DNA of 33,963 nucleotides from an uncultured Muribaculaceae bacterium (GCA_947173755.1 CAMWGM010000001.1:1-33963), one strand, 5' to 3'; shown: positions 1-10,196, counted from the first letter of the stretch. Notes: a model not told the origin generated them from the letters alone. Program-made: numbers and translations.

Positions 1-342
1 CCCGAATGTCCCGCCCCTGTCAGACTGGTGTCCGACAAAGTATGTTCCACTGCCGTGCTGCTCAAATGGGCCGAGGAGTCCGACCACAGGGAATTCATAG
101 TCGCCACCGAGAGTGGCATCCTCCACGAGATGCGCCGCCGCTGCCCCGACAAGGTGTTCATCCCTGCTCCTCCCGCCGACTCCACATGCGCCTGCAACGA
201 CTGCGCCTACATGAAACTAAATTCATTGGAAAAACTTTATCTGACGCTGAAATACGAGCAGCCCGAAGTAACGGTCGACGCCGCGGTGATCGACCGCGCC
301 CGACGTCCCATAGTCAGGATGCTCGAGATGAGCGCCAAATAA
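1..342 (+). CDS. nadA: Quinolinate synthase A, C-terminal part (5' truncated by window edge)
   Basis: Frame 1 is open from base 1 (PECPAPV, the end of the HPEC motif). It continues with STAVLL, IVATESGILH, C-x-CNDCAYMKLNSLEK and ARRPIVRMLE, typical of the NadA C-terminus. Confidence 0.93.
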   Translation, partial: PECPAPVRLVSDKVCSTAVLLKWAEESDHREFIVATESGILHEMRRRCPDKVFIPAPPADSTCACNDCAYMKLNSLEKLYLTLKYEQPEVTVDAAVIDRARRPIVRMLEMSAK

Positions 343-359
343 TACATAAATAATAATTA

Positions 360-3134
360 ATGGAATATAATCACCGTGACATCGAGAAGCGCTGGCAGAA
401 ACAATGGCGCGACTCAAAGGTCTACAAGACCGAGATAGATAAGAACCGACCCAAATTCTATGTGCTCGACATGTTCCCTTATCCCTCGGGAGCAGGTCTG
501 CATGTGGGTCATCCCTTAGGCTACATAGCATCCGACATCTACTCGCGCTACAAACGTCTGCGCGGGTTCAACGTGCTCCACCCGATGGGTTATGACGCCT
601 ATGGGCTCCCCGCCGAGCAGTATGCCATCCAGACAGGTCAGCACCCCGAGAAGACCACTTCGCAGAACATCGCCCGCTATCGCGAGCAACTCGACAAGAT
701 AGGCTTCTGCTATGACTGGGACCGCGAGATCCGCACATGCGATCCCGATTTCTACAAGTGGACTCAGTGGGCCTTCATGAAGATGTTCGGCAGTTACTAT
801 GACACCCGTCTCGGCAAAGCCATGCCCATCTCCGATCTCGTGGCTCACTTCGAGAAAGAAGGCTCGAAGGGCATCCATGCCGCTCAGGGCGAGCCGCTCG
901 ACTTCACCGCCGAACAATGGCGCGCAATGACCGACAAAGAGAAGAGCGACACCCTGATGAACTACCGCATAGCCTATCTCGGCAACACGATGGTCAACTG
1001 GTGTCCCCAACTCGGCACCGTGCTTGCCAACGACGAAGTGTCGGAAGGCCTTTCGGTACGCGGAGGCTATCCCGTAGAACAGAAACTGATGTATCAGTGG
1101 TGTCTGCGCGTGTCGGCCTACGCCCAGCGTCTGCTCGACGGTCTCGAGACCATCGACTGGACCGACTCGCTCAAGGAGACCCAGCGCAACTGGATCGGTC
1201 GTTCGGAAGGTGCCGAGATGAAATTTCCTATCGCCGGATCCGACGTAGTGCTCGACATCTTCACCACCCGTGCCGACACAATTTTCGGCGTGACCTTCAT
1301 GGTGCTCGCTCCAGAGAGCGAATACGTCGATATGGTGACAACCCCTGAACAGCGTGAGGCAGTCGACGCCTATCTCGACTCGATCAAACACAAGACCGAG
1401 CGCGAGCGCATGATCGACAAGAAAGTCTCCGGCGTATTCTCAGGCTCATATGCAGTCAATCCTCTGACCGGCAAGGAAATTCCCGTCTATATCTCCGACT
1501 ATGTCCTCGCCGGCTACGGCACGGGAGCCATCATGGCTGTCCCGGCTCACGACTCTCGCGACTATGCCTTCGCACGTCATTTCGATCTGCCCGTAATCCC
1601 TCTCATCGAGGGTGCCGACGTCAGCGAGCAGAGTTTCGACGCTAAGAGCGGCCGCATGATCAACTCCGCATCCGCCGAACTCGACCTCAACGGTATGGAA
1701 GTTAAGGATGCCATCGCCGCCACCAAGAAATTCATCGAGGAGAAAGGAATTGGCCGCGTGAAGGTCAACTACCGTCTTCGCGACGCCATCTTCAGCCGCC
1801 AGCGTTACTGGGGCGAACCTTTCCCCGTATATTATAAGGATGGGATCCCCACGTTGATGTCCGAGGACAAGCTGCCCGTACTCCTGCCCGAAGTCGACAA
1901 ATATCTCCCCACCGAGAGCGGCGAACCCCCGCTTGGCCGTGCCAAGGGATGGGTCACCGAGGAGGGCTACCCTATCGAACTCAACACCATGCCCGGTTTC
2001 GCCGGATCTTCGGCCTACTATCTGCGCTACATGGATCCGCACAACCCCGATGCTCTCGTCAGCCGGGAAGCCGATGAATACTGGCGAAACGTCGACCTCT
2101 ATATCGGCGGCACCGAGCATGCCACCGGCCACCTGATTTACTCACGCTTCTGGAACAAGTTCCTCTATGACCTCGGCTACGTCTGCGAGGATGAGCCTTT
2201 CCGCAAACTCATCAACCAGGGCATGATCCAGGGCCGCAGTAACTTCGTCTACCGCATCGTCGGGACAAACACATTCGTTTCCCACGGCCTCAAGGATCAG
2301 TATGAGACCACTCCTATCCACGTCGATGTCAACATCGTCAGCAACGACCAGCTCGATCTCGATGCCTTCCGCGCCTGGCGTCCCGACTATGCCGACGCCG
2401 AGTTCATCCTCGAGGATGGCAAGTATATATGTGGCTGGGCCGTAGAGAAGATGTCTAAGTCGATGTTCAATGTGGTAAATCCCGACGACATCGTCGAGCG
2501 TTACGGAGCCGACACACTGCGCCTCTACGAGATGTTCCTCGGGCCGCTCGAGCAGTCGAAACCCTGGGATACCAACGGCATCGACGGCGTCAACCGTTTC
2601 ATCAAGAAACTCTGGGCGCTCTTCTATAAAGGTGATGCCTGTCTCGTCGACGATTCCAAGCCGTCGGCCGAGGCTCTCAAGGCCATCCACAACCTCATCA
2701 AGAAAGTGACCGGCGACATCGAGACCTTCAGTTACAATACCTCTGTCGCAGCCTTCATGATCTGCGTCAATGAACTGACTCGTCTCAAGTGTCATTCAGC
2801 CTCCGTGCTGAGCGATCTGGTAGTGCTTCTCGCCCCGTTTGCTCCTCATGTGGCCGAAGAACTGTGGCACACTGCCCTCGGTCACGACACAAGCGTCTGC
2901 GACGCCGTCTGGCCCGAATGGAACGAGGACTATCTCAAGGAATCCACCGTCAACTATGCCGTCTCGTTCAATGGCAAGGCGCGTTTCAACATGCAGGTTC
3001 CCGCCGATACTCCCAAGGATGAGGTGGAGCGTCTCGCGCTCGCCGATTCCCAGTCGGCCAAGTGGCTCGAAGGGAAGACCGTCAGAAAGATCATCGTCGT
3101 GCCCAACAAGATCGTCAATATCGTGGTAGGCTGA
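360..3134 (+). CDS. leuS: Leucine--tRNA ligase
   Basis: [16 protein letters not shown] (HIGH motif), KMSKS, editing-domain motifs FTTRADT and [21 protein letters not shown]; 924 aa. Confidence 0.99.
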   Translation: MEYNHRDIEKRWQKQWRDSKVYKTEIDKNRPKFYVLDMFPYPSGAGLHVGHPLGYIASDIYSRYKRLRGFNVLHPMGYDAYGLPAEQYAIQTGQHPEKTTSQNIARYREQLDKIGFCYDWDREIRTCDPDFYKWTQWAFMKMFGSYYDTRLGKAMPISDLVAHFEKEGSKGIHAAQGEPLDFTAEQWRAMTDKEKSDTLMNYRIAYLGNTMVNWCPQLGTVLANDEVSEGLSVRGGYPVEQKLMYQWCLRVSAYAQRLLDGLETIDWTDSLKETQRNWIGRSEGAEMKFPIAGSDVVLDIFTTRADTIFGVTFMVLAPESEYVDMVTTPEQREAVDAYLDSIKHKTERERMIDKKVSGVFSGSYAVNPLTGKEIPVYISDYVLAGYGTGAIMAVPAHDSRDYAFARHFDLPVIPLIEGADVSEQSFDAKSGRMINSASAELDLNGMEVKDAIAATKKFIEEKGIGRVKVNYRLRDAIFSRQRYWGEPFPVYYKDGIPTLMSEDKLPVLLPEVDKYLPTESGEPPLGRAKGWVTEEGYPIELNTMPGFAGSSAYYLRYMDPHNPDALVSREADEYWRNVDLYIGGTEHATGHLIYSRFWNKFLYDLGYVCEDEPFRKLINQGMIQGRSNFVYRIVGTNTFVSHGLKDQYETTPIHVDVNIVSNDQLDLDAFRAWRPDYADAEFILEDGKYICGWAVEKMSKSMFNVVNPDDIVERYGADTLRLYEMFLGPLEQSKPWDTNGIDGVNRFIKKLWALFYKGDACLVDDSKPSAEALKAIHNLIKKVTGDIETFSYNTSVAAFMICVNELTRLKCHSASVLSDLVVLLAPFAPHVAEELWHTALGHDTSVCDAVWPEWNEDYLKESTVNYAVSFNGKARFNMQVPADTPKDEVERLALADSQSAKWLEGKTVRKIIVVPNKIVNIVVG

Positions 3135-3157
3135 GACTCCTTTCCGGTATAATACTA

Positions 3158-3198
3158 TTTATCCCCGCACCGATCAGGTCGATCAGTGCGGGGATAAA
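3158..3198. terminator. Bidirectional intrinsic terminator between convergent leuS and mdh
   Basis: Perfect 13-bp inverted repeat TTTATCCCCGCAC (3158-3170) / GTGCGGGGATAAA (3186-3198) with an inner GATC/GATC stem, lying between two stop codons. Confidence 0.8.
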
Positions 3199-3221
3199 CT
3201 GTCTTTATTAGGTAACTATAA

Positions 3222-4157
3222 TCAGAGAGCGGTTGCGAGAGCGGCGTTGGTAGCCTTGACAGCGGCGGCGCTCTTCTCGAAGAGAGCCTTTTCGGTTTCG
3301 TCGAGTTCAAACTCTACGATCTTCTCGATGCCGTTCTTTCCGAGGATACAGGGCACGCCGATGCAGAGATCGCTCTGGCCATACTCGCCGTCGAGAAGTG
3401 CCGAGCATGAGATGAGTTTCTTCTCGTTGTGAAGGATAGCCTTGGCCACCTGTGCGCCTGCCGCACCGGGAGCATACCATGCCGAGGTGCCGAGGAGTTT
3501 GGTCAGCGTGGCGCCTCCTACCATTGTGTCGGCGGCTACCTTGGCCAGAGTTTCTGTTGAGAGATACTGCGATGCGGGCACGCCCCGATAGGCTGCATAG
3601 CGGGTCAGAGGGATCATGGTGGTGTCGCCGTGACCGCCGATCACGATGCCTTCGACCTCGGTGGCGTTTGCGCCGAGTGCCTGCGAGAGGAAATATTTGA
3701 AACGGGCTGAGTCGAGGGCACCGCCCATGCCGATGATACGGTTTTTGGGCAGACCGCTGGTCTTGTGGATCAGATAGGTCATGGTGTCCATCGGGTTGGA
3801 GATGCAGATGATGATTGCGTCGGGCGATGCGGCGAGCACCTGTGAGGTCACGCTCTTGACGATACCGGCATTGACACCGATCAGTTCCTCACGTGTCATG
3901 CCCGGCTTGCGGGGAATGCCGGAAGTGATGATGACTACGTCAGATCCTGCGGTTGCCGAATAGTCGTTGGTGACACCGCGAAGCACCGTGTTGAGATTGA
4001 GAATATTGGCAGTCTGCATGATGTCCATCGCCTTGCCTTCCGACACACCTTCCTTGATGTCGAGCAGGACGACCTCGTCGGCTATGCCTTCGGTGACGAG
4101 CACATTGGCGCAGGTGGCACCTACGTTACCGGCGCCTACAACTGTAACTTTTGACAT
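3222..4157 (-). CDS. mdh: Malate dehydrogenase (LDH-like type)
   Basis: VVGAGNVG Rossmann motif, GIPRKPGMTREEL (Arg at the malate-specificity position), SNPMD, LDSAR, GGHGD. Start moved from TTG 4163 to ATG 4157 (MSKVTVVG). Confidence 0.96.
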   Translation of the reverse strand: MSKVTVVGAGNVGATCANVLVTEGIADEVVLLDIKEGVSEGKAMDIMQTANILNLNTVLRGVTNDYSATAGSDVVIITSGIPRKPGMTREELIGVNAGIVKSVTSQVLAASPDAIIICISNPMDTMTYLIHKTSGLPKNRIIGMGGALDSARFKYFLSQALGANATEVEGIVIGGHGDTTMIPLTRYAAYRGVPASQYLSTETLAKVAADTMVGGATLTKLLGTSAWYAPGAAGAQVAKAILHNEKKLISCSALLDGEYGQSDLCIGVPCILGKNGIEKIVEFELDETEKALFEKSAAAVKATNAALATAL

Positions 4158-4202
4158 AAACAATATAGTTTTTACCTTAAATAATGAGTTGGTTTATCAG
4201 GA

Positions 4203-4235
4203 CAAAATTAGTGAAAAATTTCCATAATTGCCAAT
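4203..4235 (-). promoter_or_regulatory. Bacteroidetes housekeeping promoter for mdh
   Basis: Minus strand TAATTTTG (-7 box, 4210-4203) with ATTG 21 nt upstream (imperfect -33 box). Confidence 0.7.
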
Positions 4236-4360
4236 CGCTTATATCTACTTTTTTTATATACATTAAAAAAATTGTTAACACCCGTGTGCAGTTTCACACT
4301 AAATGTTAAATAGTGACCTCTTTTTCAGTCATCCATATCAGATAAGCCGACAAAAGTCCC

Positions 4361-4368
4361 TACCTTTG
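4361..4368 (+). promoter_or_regulatory. -7 promoter box for the acyl-CoA ligase/asd unit
   Basis: TACCTTTG matches TAnnTTTG, 42 nt before ATG 4411. This also argues against the longer start at 4303. Confidence 0.65.
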
Positions 4369-4410
4369 CCGAATGTTCGGCCGCTCCTAATCAGCGGTCG
4401 GAGGCCTGAT

Positions 4411-6213
4411 ATGAAAAAAACTGATTGTCTGCTCACCCATCTTCCTTCGATGCAGGTGGCTGTCCGGCCCGACAGTCCCGCCCTCGCAGGTCAGGATGAT
4501 AATGACAGATGGTATGATATAATATGGCGAAGTTTTGCAGACGATGTAAAGCGTGCCGCCGCTGCTTTGATAGCTCTCGGTGTCAAGCCGGGAGGATGTG
4601 TGGCCACTTTCTCCGCCAATCGTCCCGAGTGTCTCGTCACCGATTTCGGATGCTACGCCTCGCGTGCCGTCTCGGTCAGCATCTATGCCACAAGTTCGCA
4701 GGAACAGGTGGAATATATAGTCAACGATTGCTCCGCCTCAGTGCTAGTGGCCGGCAACCGCACGCAGTATGAGATCGGCCGTCGTGCTATGAAAAACTGT
4801 CCGTCGCTCCGTCAACTGGTGGTTATCAAGTCGATAGAACTCGAGGAAGGAGATACCTCTACCCTGCTGTGGAACGATTTTCTCGCTCTCGGAAAAGAGG
4901 AATTTTTCGCTGAGGTAGACAGCCGCACTGCCGGAGCGGTCCCGACCGACATCGCCACGCTGGTCTACACTTCGGGCACGACAGGTGAACCTAAAGGTGC
5001 TATTCTGACTCACGCCAATTATGATCAGGCTCTTTGGATCCACTCCGAGCGACTCACGATGCTCACCCCTGCCGACTCGTCGATGGCGTTCCTCCCCCTG
5101 AGTCACATCTTCGAGAAAGGCTTCACCTATGTGTGCATGATGATCGGCATAAAGGTGTCTGTCAACCGTGATCCGCGTTCCATCCAGGACACCATAAAGC
5201 AGGTGCGTCCCACCCTGATGTGTGCCGTCCCCCGCTTCTGGGAGAAAGTCTATGCCGGAGTCCACGAGAAGATAGCCGAGATGGGTTTCCTGCAGCGTCA
5301 GATGGTTAAGATGGCTCTCAAGGCAGGCCGGCGCCGCAATCTCCATTACAAGCGGCTCGGTCTCCCCGTACCGCGCTGGCTCGAGATGCGCTATCAGTTC
5401 TTCGACCGCAACATCTTCGCACGTCTGCGCGGTGCCATAGGTTTCGATCATCCCAACATCTTCCCGACCGCCGGTGCCCCCGTCTCTTCCGAACTCGTGG
5501 ATTTCTTCCACTCGTGCGGCCTCTTCATTATGGTGGGCTACGGCCTTTCGGAGACCACGGCCACAGTGACCTGCTTCCCCGTGAAGGATTATGAGGTCGG
5601 TTCGGTCGGAACTCCCCTTCCCGAGGTTGAAGTGCGCATCGGCGACAACAGCGAGATTCAGGTCAAGAGTCCCACAGTCATGAGAGGCTACTACAACAAA
5701 CCCGAAGCAACAGCCGAGGCTTTCACCGCCGACGGATGGTTCCGCACGGGCGATGCCGGATATATCGACCACAACGGTGCCCTCTTCATCACCGACCGCA
5801 TCAAGGATCTCTTCAAGACATCCAACGGCAAATATGTCGCTCCACAGATGATAGAGACCCGCATAGGCATCGATCCGCTCTTCGAACAGATAGCGGTGAT
5901 AGGCGACTCCCGCAAATTCGTTTCGGCGCTCATCGTGCCAAACATGGAGATGCTCAAGGCTCTTGCCGACAAGGAAGGAATTGCTTATGACGATCCCGCG
6001 CAGTTGCTCTCGTCTCCCCGCATCCATGAACTCATCGAGAAGCGCCTCGCAAAACTTCAGGAAGGTATGGCAGGATATGAGAAAATCAAGAAATTCACTC
6101 TTCTGCCGCGCGAGTTTTCGATGGATCGTGGCGAACTCACCAATACCCTCAAGGTGAAGCGCCGTGTGGTTGCCGACCATTTCGCCGACGAGATAGAAAA
6201 AATGTATCAGTAG
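4411..6213 (+). CDS. Long-chain fatty acid--CoA ligase (AMP-binding, FadD15-like)
   Basis: [14 protein letters not shown]-binding loop, [35 protein letters not shown]. Start chosen downstream of the promoter box. Confidence 0.93.
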   Translation: MKKTDCLLTHLPSMQVAVRPDSPALAGQDDNDRWYDIIWRSFADDVKRAAAALIALGVKPGGCVATFSANRPECLVTDFGCYASRAVSVSIYATSSQEQVEYIVNDCSASVLVAGNRTQYEIGRRAMKNCPSLRQLVVIKSIELEEGDTSTLLWNDFLALGKEEFFAEVDSRTAGAVPTDIATLVYTSGTTGEPKGAILTHANYDQALWIHSERLTMLTPADSSMAFLPLSHIFEKGFTYVCMMIGIKVSVNRDPRSIQDTIKQVRPTLMCAVPRFWEKVYAGVHEKIAEMGFLQRQMVKMALKAGRRRNLHYKRLGLPVPRWLEMRYQFFDRNIFARLRGAIGFDHPNIFPTAGAPVSSELVDFFHSCGLFIMVGYGLSETTATVTCFPVKDYEVGSVGTPLPEVEVRIGDNSEIQVKSPTVMRGYYNKPEATAEAFTADGWFRTGDAGYIDHNGALFITDRIKDLFKTSNGKYVAPQMIETRIGIDPLFEQIAVIGDSRKFVSALIVPNMEMLKALADKEGIAYDDPAQLLSSPRIHELIEKRLAKLQEGMAGYEKIKKFTLLPREFSMDRGELTNTLKVKRRVVADHFADEIEKMYQ

Positions 6214-6260
6214 TAAGAATTAAGAATAAGAACAAGCAAAAATACAGTCTCCTAATAAAA

Positions 6261-7271
6261 ATGAAAGTTGCAATAGTCGGAGTCAGTGGTGCCGTCGGTC
6301 AGGAGTTTCTCCGTGTGCTCGACGAGCAGAATTTTCCCGTAGACGATCTCCTCCTTTTCGGGTCTGCCCGTTCGGCAGGCCGCACATATAAATTCCGCGA
6401 CAGAGAATACACTGTTAAGGAACTCACCGAGAATGCCGACGATTTCAAAGGGGTCGATTTCGCTTTTGTGTCGGCCGGTGCCGGTGTTTCACGCAAATAT
6501 GCCGATACCATCACAGCCCACGGAGCGGTGATGATCGACAATTCCTCGGCTTTCCGCATGGATCCCGATGTGCCCCTTGTAGTGCCCGAAGTAAATGGCG
6601 ACGATGCTTTCAAGGCTCCCCGAGGCATCATTGCCAACCCTAACTGCACCACCATCATCATGGTCGTGGCTCTCAAGCCTGTCAACGACCTCTCACCCAT
6701 CCGTCGCGTCCATGTGGCCTCCTATCAGTCGGCTTCAGGCGCAGGTGCCTCGGCTATGGATGAACTTGTGGAGCAGTACGGAGCCCTGACCCGTGGCGAG
6801 GAACCCAAGGTCGAGAAATTCGCTTATCAGTTGGCCTATAATGTCATTCCTCACATCGATGTCTTTACTGACAACGATTATACCAAGGAGGAGATGAAGA
6901 TGTTCAACGAGACCCGCAAGATCATGCACTCTGACTCTATCGAAGTCTCGGCCACCTGCGTGCGCGTCCCCGTGATGCGTGCCCATTCCGAGGCCGTCTG
7001 GGTAGAGACGGAAGAACCTCTCGATCTTGATGAGGTGCGCAAGGCATTCGCCGGAGCCGAGGGGCTCGTGGTGATCGACAATCCTGCCGAAAAGAAATAT
7101 CCCATGCCTCTCGATGCCGCCGGAACCGATCCTGTCTTCATCGGCCGCATCCGCAAGGATATTTCCAACACCCGTGGCCTGACATTCTGGCTCGTTGGCG
7201 ATCAGATCAAGAAGGGCGCCGCCCTCAATGCTGTCCAGATCGCCCTCTACATGCTCAGCCACAGGAAATAA
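6261..7271 (+). CDS. asd: Aspartate-semialdehyde dehydrogenase
   Basis: GVSGAVG nucleotide-binding motif, [18 protein letters not shown] (catalytic Cys), [32 protein letters not shown]. Confidence 0.98.
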   Translation: MKVAIVGVSGAVGQEFLRVLDEQNFPVDDLLLFGSARSAGRTYKFRDREYTVKELTENADDFKGVDFAFVSAGAGVSRKYADTITAHGAVMIDNSSAFRMDPDVPLVVPEVNGDDAFKAPRGIIANPNCTTIIMVVALKPVNDLSPIRRVHVASYQSASGAGASAMDELVEQYGALTRGEEPKVEKFAYQLAYNVIPHIDVFTDNDYTKEEMKMFNETRKIMHSDSIEVSATCVRVPVMRAHSEAVWVETEEPLDLDEVRKAFAGAEGLVVIDNPAEKKYPMPLDAAGTDPVFIGRIRKDISNTRGLTFWLVGDQIKKGAALNAVQIALYMLSHRK

Positions 7272-7331
7272 TTTTTAAAATCAATTTGGCAATATGTCAT
7301 ATTGACCCCAATTCTGAATTGCCATATACTG

Positions 7332-7370
7332 CTAAGCGCGAAGGTGATATCTCATCAACTTCGCGCTTAG
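7332..7370. other. Strong hairpin 3' of asd (possible terminator or 3' stabiliser)
   Basis: Perfect 12-bp inverted repeat CTAAGCGCGAAG (7332-7343) / CTTCGCGCTTAG (7359-7370). No following U-tract on either strand. Confidence 0.6.
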
Positions 7371-7402
7371 ATAATAAACCAATCATTATCACATTTCTTG
7401 CA

Positions 7403-7529
7403 ATGGAAAAAGTAATTTTGCAATTTACTTATATAACATTTGCTGGAAGCGATTGGTTCACTCGTTCGGGATTTTAACACTCTTTATGGATAATTCGACT
7501 CCGGGATTAATGATGTCTCGGAGTTTTTT
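7403..7529 (+). other. Candidate small transcription unit: 24-aa sORF (7403-7477) or ~105-nt sRNA
   Basis: ATG 7403 to TAA 7477 encodes MEKVILQFTYITFAGSDWFTRSGF. A TAATTTTG promoter box lies inside it at 7413-7420. An intrinsic terminator follows at 7497-7529. Confidence 0.4.
7497..7529 (+). terminator. Intrinsic terminator upstream of the recA promoter
   Basis: GACTCCGGGA / TCTCGGAGTT stem (two G-U pairs on plus-strand RNA) ending in a T6 run. Confidence 0.75.
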
Positions 7530-7627
7530 GTTAAGTTTGTGGTTGATAATGCGACAAAAATAATGCAGGATTATTATTTTAATTAATTTTAAATAATATG
7601 GGCATGAAATTTGCTCATATTATGTCG

Positions 7628-7635
7628 TATCTTTG
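7628..7635 (+). promoter_or_regulatory. -7 promoter box for recA
   Basis: TATCTTTG 29 nt before ATG 7665, followed by an A-rich leader. Confidence 0.7.
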
Positions 7636-7664
7636 TATCAGAAAACAAAAAACTATATATTAAA

Positions 7665-8855
7665 ATGGCAAAGAAAGAAACCGCAAAGTCTATAGTCAAT
7701 GATCCGAAGGCTGCAAAACTCGCTGCTCTCAGTCAGGCTATGGGCAATATAGAAAAAAACTACGGTCGCGGCGCCATCATGAAACTTGGCGACGAGAGCG
7801 TTGAGGATGTCGATGTGATTCCCTCAGGCTCCATCGGTCTCAACTATGCGCTTGGCGTCGGAGGCTACCCGCGAGGCCGTATCATCGAGATTTTCGGTCC
7901 CGAATCTTCGGGTAAGACCACTCTTGCTATCCACGCCATCGCCGAGGCTCAGAAAGCCGGAGGTATTGCCGCCATCATCGACGCCGAGCATGCTTTCGAC
8001 CGCTTCTATGCTGAAAAACTCGGTGTCGACGTCAACAATCTCCTGATCTCGCAGCCTGACAATGGCGAGCAGGCCCTCGAGATTGCCGAGCAACTGATAC
8101 GTTCGTCGGCAATTGATATTCTTGTGATTGACTCTGTGGCCGCACTTACTCCCAAGAGTGAGATCGACGGCGATATGGGCGACAAGAATGTCGGCGTTCA
8201 GGCCCGTCTGATGTCACAGGCCATGCGTAAACTTACCGGAACCATCTCACGCACCAACACCACATGTATCTTCATCAACCAGTTGCGCGAGAAAATCGGC
8301 GTGATGTTCGGTCCGTCGGAGACTACCACCGGCGGCAACGCCCTCAAGTTCTATGCTTCGGTTCGCATCGACATACGTCCTTCCACCACCATCAAGGACG
8401 GCGAGGATGTCTATGGCCGTCTCACCAAAGTGAAAGTTGTAAAGAATAAGGTTGCTCCCCCCTTCAAGCGTGCCGAATTCGACATCATGTTTGGCGAAGG
8501 CATCTCCCGTAGCGGCGAGATCATCGATCTCGGCGTAGCCAACGGCATTATCCAGAAGTCAGGCTCATGGTTCAGTTACAACGGACAGAAACTTGCCCAG
8601 GGCCGCGACGCTGCCAAACGTGCCGTCCAGGACAATCCCGAACTTGCCGAGGAGATCGAGGCAAAGATCATGGAGGCTCTCCAGTCGAAAAACTCGGGTG
8701 CCTCGCCTCAGCCGGCCAAAGCCACTTTCCGCAAGGGTAGCATCGCATCTGCCGAACCTACCGATGCCGATATCGCTGATATAGCCGACGACAACGCATT
8801 CAGCGACGGTTCTCTCCCTCTCCCCGACGATTTCGCCATCGAGGAGGACCTCTGA
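7665..8855 (+). CDS. recA: Recombinase A with acidic C-terminal extension
   Basis: GPESSGKTT Walker [54 protein letters not shown]. Start ATG 7665 (MAKKET) lies downstream of the promoter. Confidence 0.99.
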   Translation: MAKKETAKSIVNDPKAAKLAALSQAMGNIEKNYGRGAIMKLGDESVEDVDVIPSGSIGLNYALGVGGYPRGRIIEIFGPESSGKTTLAIHAIAEAQKAGGIAAIIDAEHAFDRFYAEKLGVDVNNLLISQPDNGEQALEIAEQLIRSSAIDILVIDSVAALTPKSEIDGDMGDKNVGVQARLMSQAMRKLTGTISRTNTTCIFINQLREKIGVMFGPSETTTGGNALKFYASVRIDIRPSTTIKDGEDVYGRLTKVKVVKNKVAPPFKRAEFDIMFGEGISRSGEIIDLGVANGIIQKSGSWFSYNGQKLAQGRDAAKRAVQDNPELAEEIEAKIMEALQSKNSGASPQPAKATFRKGSIASAEPTDADIADIADDNAFSDGSLPLPDDFAIEEDL

Positions 8856-8888
8856 TCCCTTTTTTGCTGAAGACCTGCAGAATAACCT

Positions 8889-9180
8889 TGCAGCAAATAA
8901 ACTGAAATACAATCAACCGCAAGCGAGCCGTTTTTATTTTTTTCGCTTGCGGTTGATTCAACAAATCAGTTCATCTGTCTGCCCTGCAGCATGGAATAAC
9001 TGAAATAGAATTAATTGCCGGTGAGTCGTTTTTATTTTTTTCGCCTGCGGTTGATTTGAGGTTCGGTTAGTCTGTCTGCGCCTGCAGCCTGGAAAATCGG
9101 AACAAAATTAATCGCAGGCGAACGCTTTTTTTATTTTTTGTCCGCCTGCGATTGAATGAAGTCCGGTAGTTCAGTCTGCT
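8889..9180 (+). repeat. Three degenerate tandem ~97-bp palindromic units
   Basis: Units start with TGCAGC at 8889, 8985 and 9083. Each has an inner stem around a TTTTTATTTTTT loop, an outer stem, and ends in TC(T/A)GTCTGC. Confidence 0.9.
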
Positions 9181-10196
9181 TATTCGGCAGTCTTCTCGTC
9201 AAGATAGGGATTGAGTTTGCTCCACTCGGCGATCGGGGGCATCACACCCATTGCGATCACTTCGTCACGAAGTGCGCAGAGATGCTCGTAACTCTTCTCG
9301 AGTTCGGCCATTTCGGCGGGTGTGCCCTTGATGGGGGTCACCTTGACACCATCCTTCGAGATCGAAGTCTCGGTGGCCATCATGATGTGGGAGAATTTCG
9401 AGTTGTTGACATATGCGCCGGCAGGCCAGCGGAAAGGCTTGCCACCCATAGCGGCTGCGATCATCTCGATCGAGACGTATGCCGGGCTCTGGAACGACGA
9501 ACGGCCACGGAGATCGATGATGTTCTTGCCACCCTGGATCACGCGCACCTTGAGGTCTTCCCAGTCTTTTTCGGGTAGTGTCTCAGTGCCGATGATTTCG
9601 GTGAGGGGTTTGCCGTCGACGGTAGCGGTGGAGGCGAATACTGCCATCTGCTCGCCATGGCCGCCGTAGGTGCGGGTGTTGACCACTGCGTCGGGCGAAA
9701 CCTTGAGATATTTCGAGAGTTCGGCGCGCAGACGGGTGGAGTCGAGCGCGGCGAGGGTGCTGACACACGAAGGCTTGACACCTGCATAGAGCAGTGTGAT
9801 CAGACCGGTGATATCGGCAGGATTGAAGATCACCACGATGTGCTTCACATCGGGGCAATATTTCTTGACGTTCTTGCCGAACTCTTCGGCGATGGCGGCA
9901 TTGCCTTTCAGAAGATCCTCGCGGGTCATTCCGGCCTTACGGGCGGCACCACCTGAGTTGACGATATATTTGGCATCCTTGAGTGCTTCAGCCACATCGG
10001 TGGTGAAGGTGAGATTGAGTCCTTCGAAGCCGCAGTGAAGCAATTCCTCGGCCACACCTTCGAGAGCGGGACCATAGGGATCGTAGAGGCAGATGTTGGG
10101 AGTCAGACCCATCATGATAGCGGTCTGGGCCATGTTGCTGCCGATCATTCCGGCAGCACCGACAATCACGAGTTTTTCGTCAGTTAGATAGTTCAT
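9180..10196 (-). CDS. Second malate/lactate dehydrogenase family protein (probable malate dehydrogenase)
   Basis: IVGAAGMIGS, GGAARKAGMTREDLL, FNPAD, LDSTR, GGHGEQM, RGRSS. Confidence 0.9.
   Translation of the reverse strand: MNYLTDEKLVIVGAAGMIGSNMAQTAIMMGLTPNICLYDPYGPALEGVAEELLHCGFEGLNLTFTTDVAEALKDAKYIVNSGGAARKAGMTREDLLKGNAAIAEEFGKNVKKYCPDVKHIVVIFNPADITGLITLLYAGVKPSCVSTLAALDSTRLRAELSKYLKVSPDAVVNTRTYGGHGEQMAVFASTATVDGKPLTEIIGTETLPEKDWEDLKVRVIQGGKNIIDLRGRSSFQSPAYVSIEMIAAAMGGKPFRWPAGAYVNNSKFSHIMMATETSISKDGVKVTPIKGTPAEMAELEKSYEHLCALRDEVIAMGVMPPIAEWSKLNPYLDEKTAE

Noticed and set aside
3158-3199. GCGGGGATAAAC resembles the end of a type I-E CRISPR repeat
   Set aside because: Single hairpin, no spacers, no cas genes; it sits between convergent stop codons as a terminator would.
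4303-4410. N-terminal extensions in the ORF track (also recA 7611, mdh 4163, hpt 19427)
   Set aside because: The acyl-CoA ligase and recA extensions overlap their own TAnnTTTG promoter boxes. The mdh and hpt extensions use TTG just ahead of a better ATG.
7286-7477. 63-aa ORF from TTG 7286
   Set aside because: It runs through palindromes and a strong hairpin with a weak start; only the ATG 7403 portion is retained as a candidate.
8889-9180. Tandem units as a CRISPR array
   Set aside because: Similarity spans whole units with no unique spacers, copies are degenerate, and no cas genes are present. Kept as a structured repeat instead.
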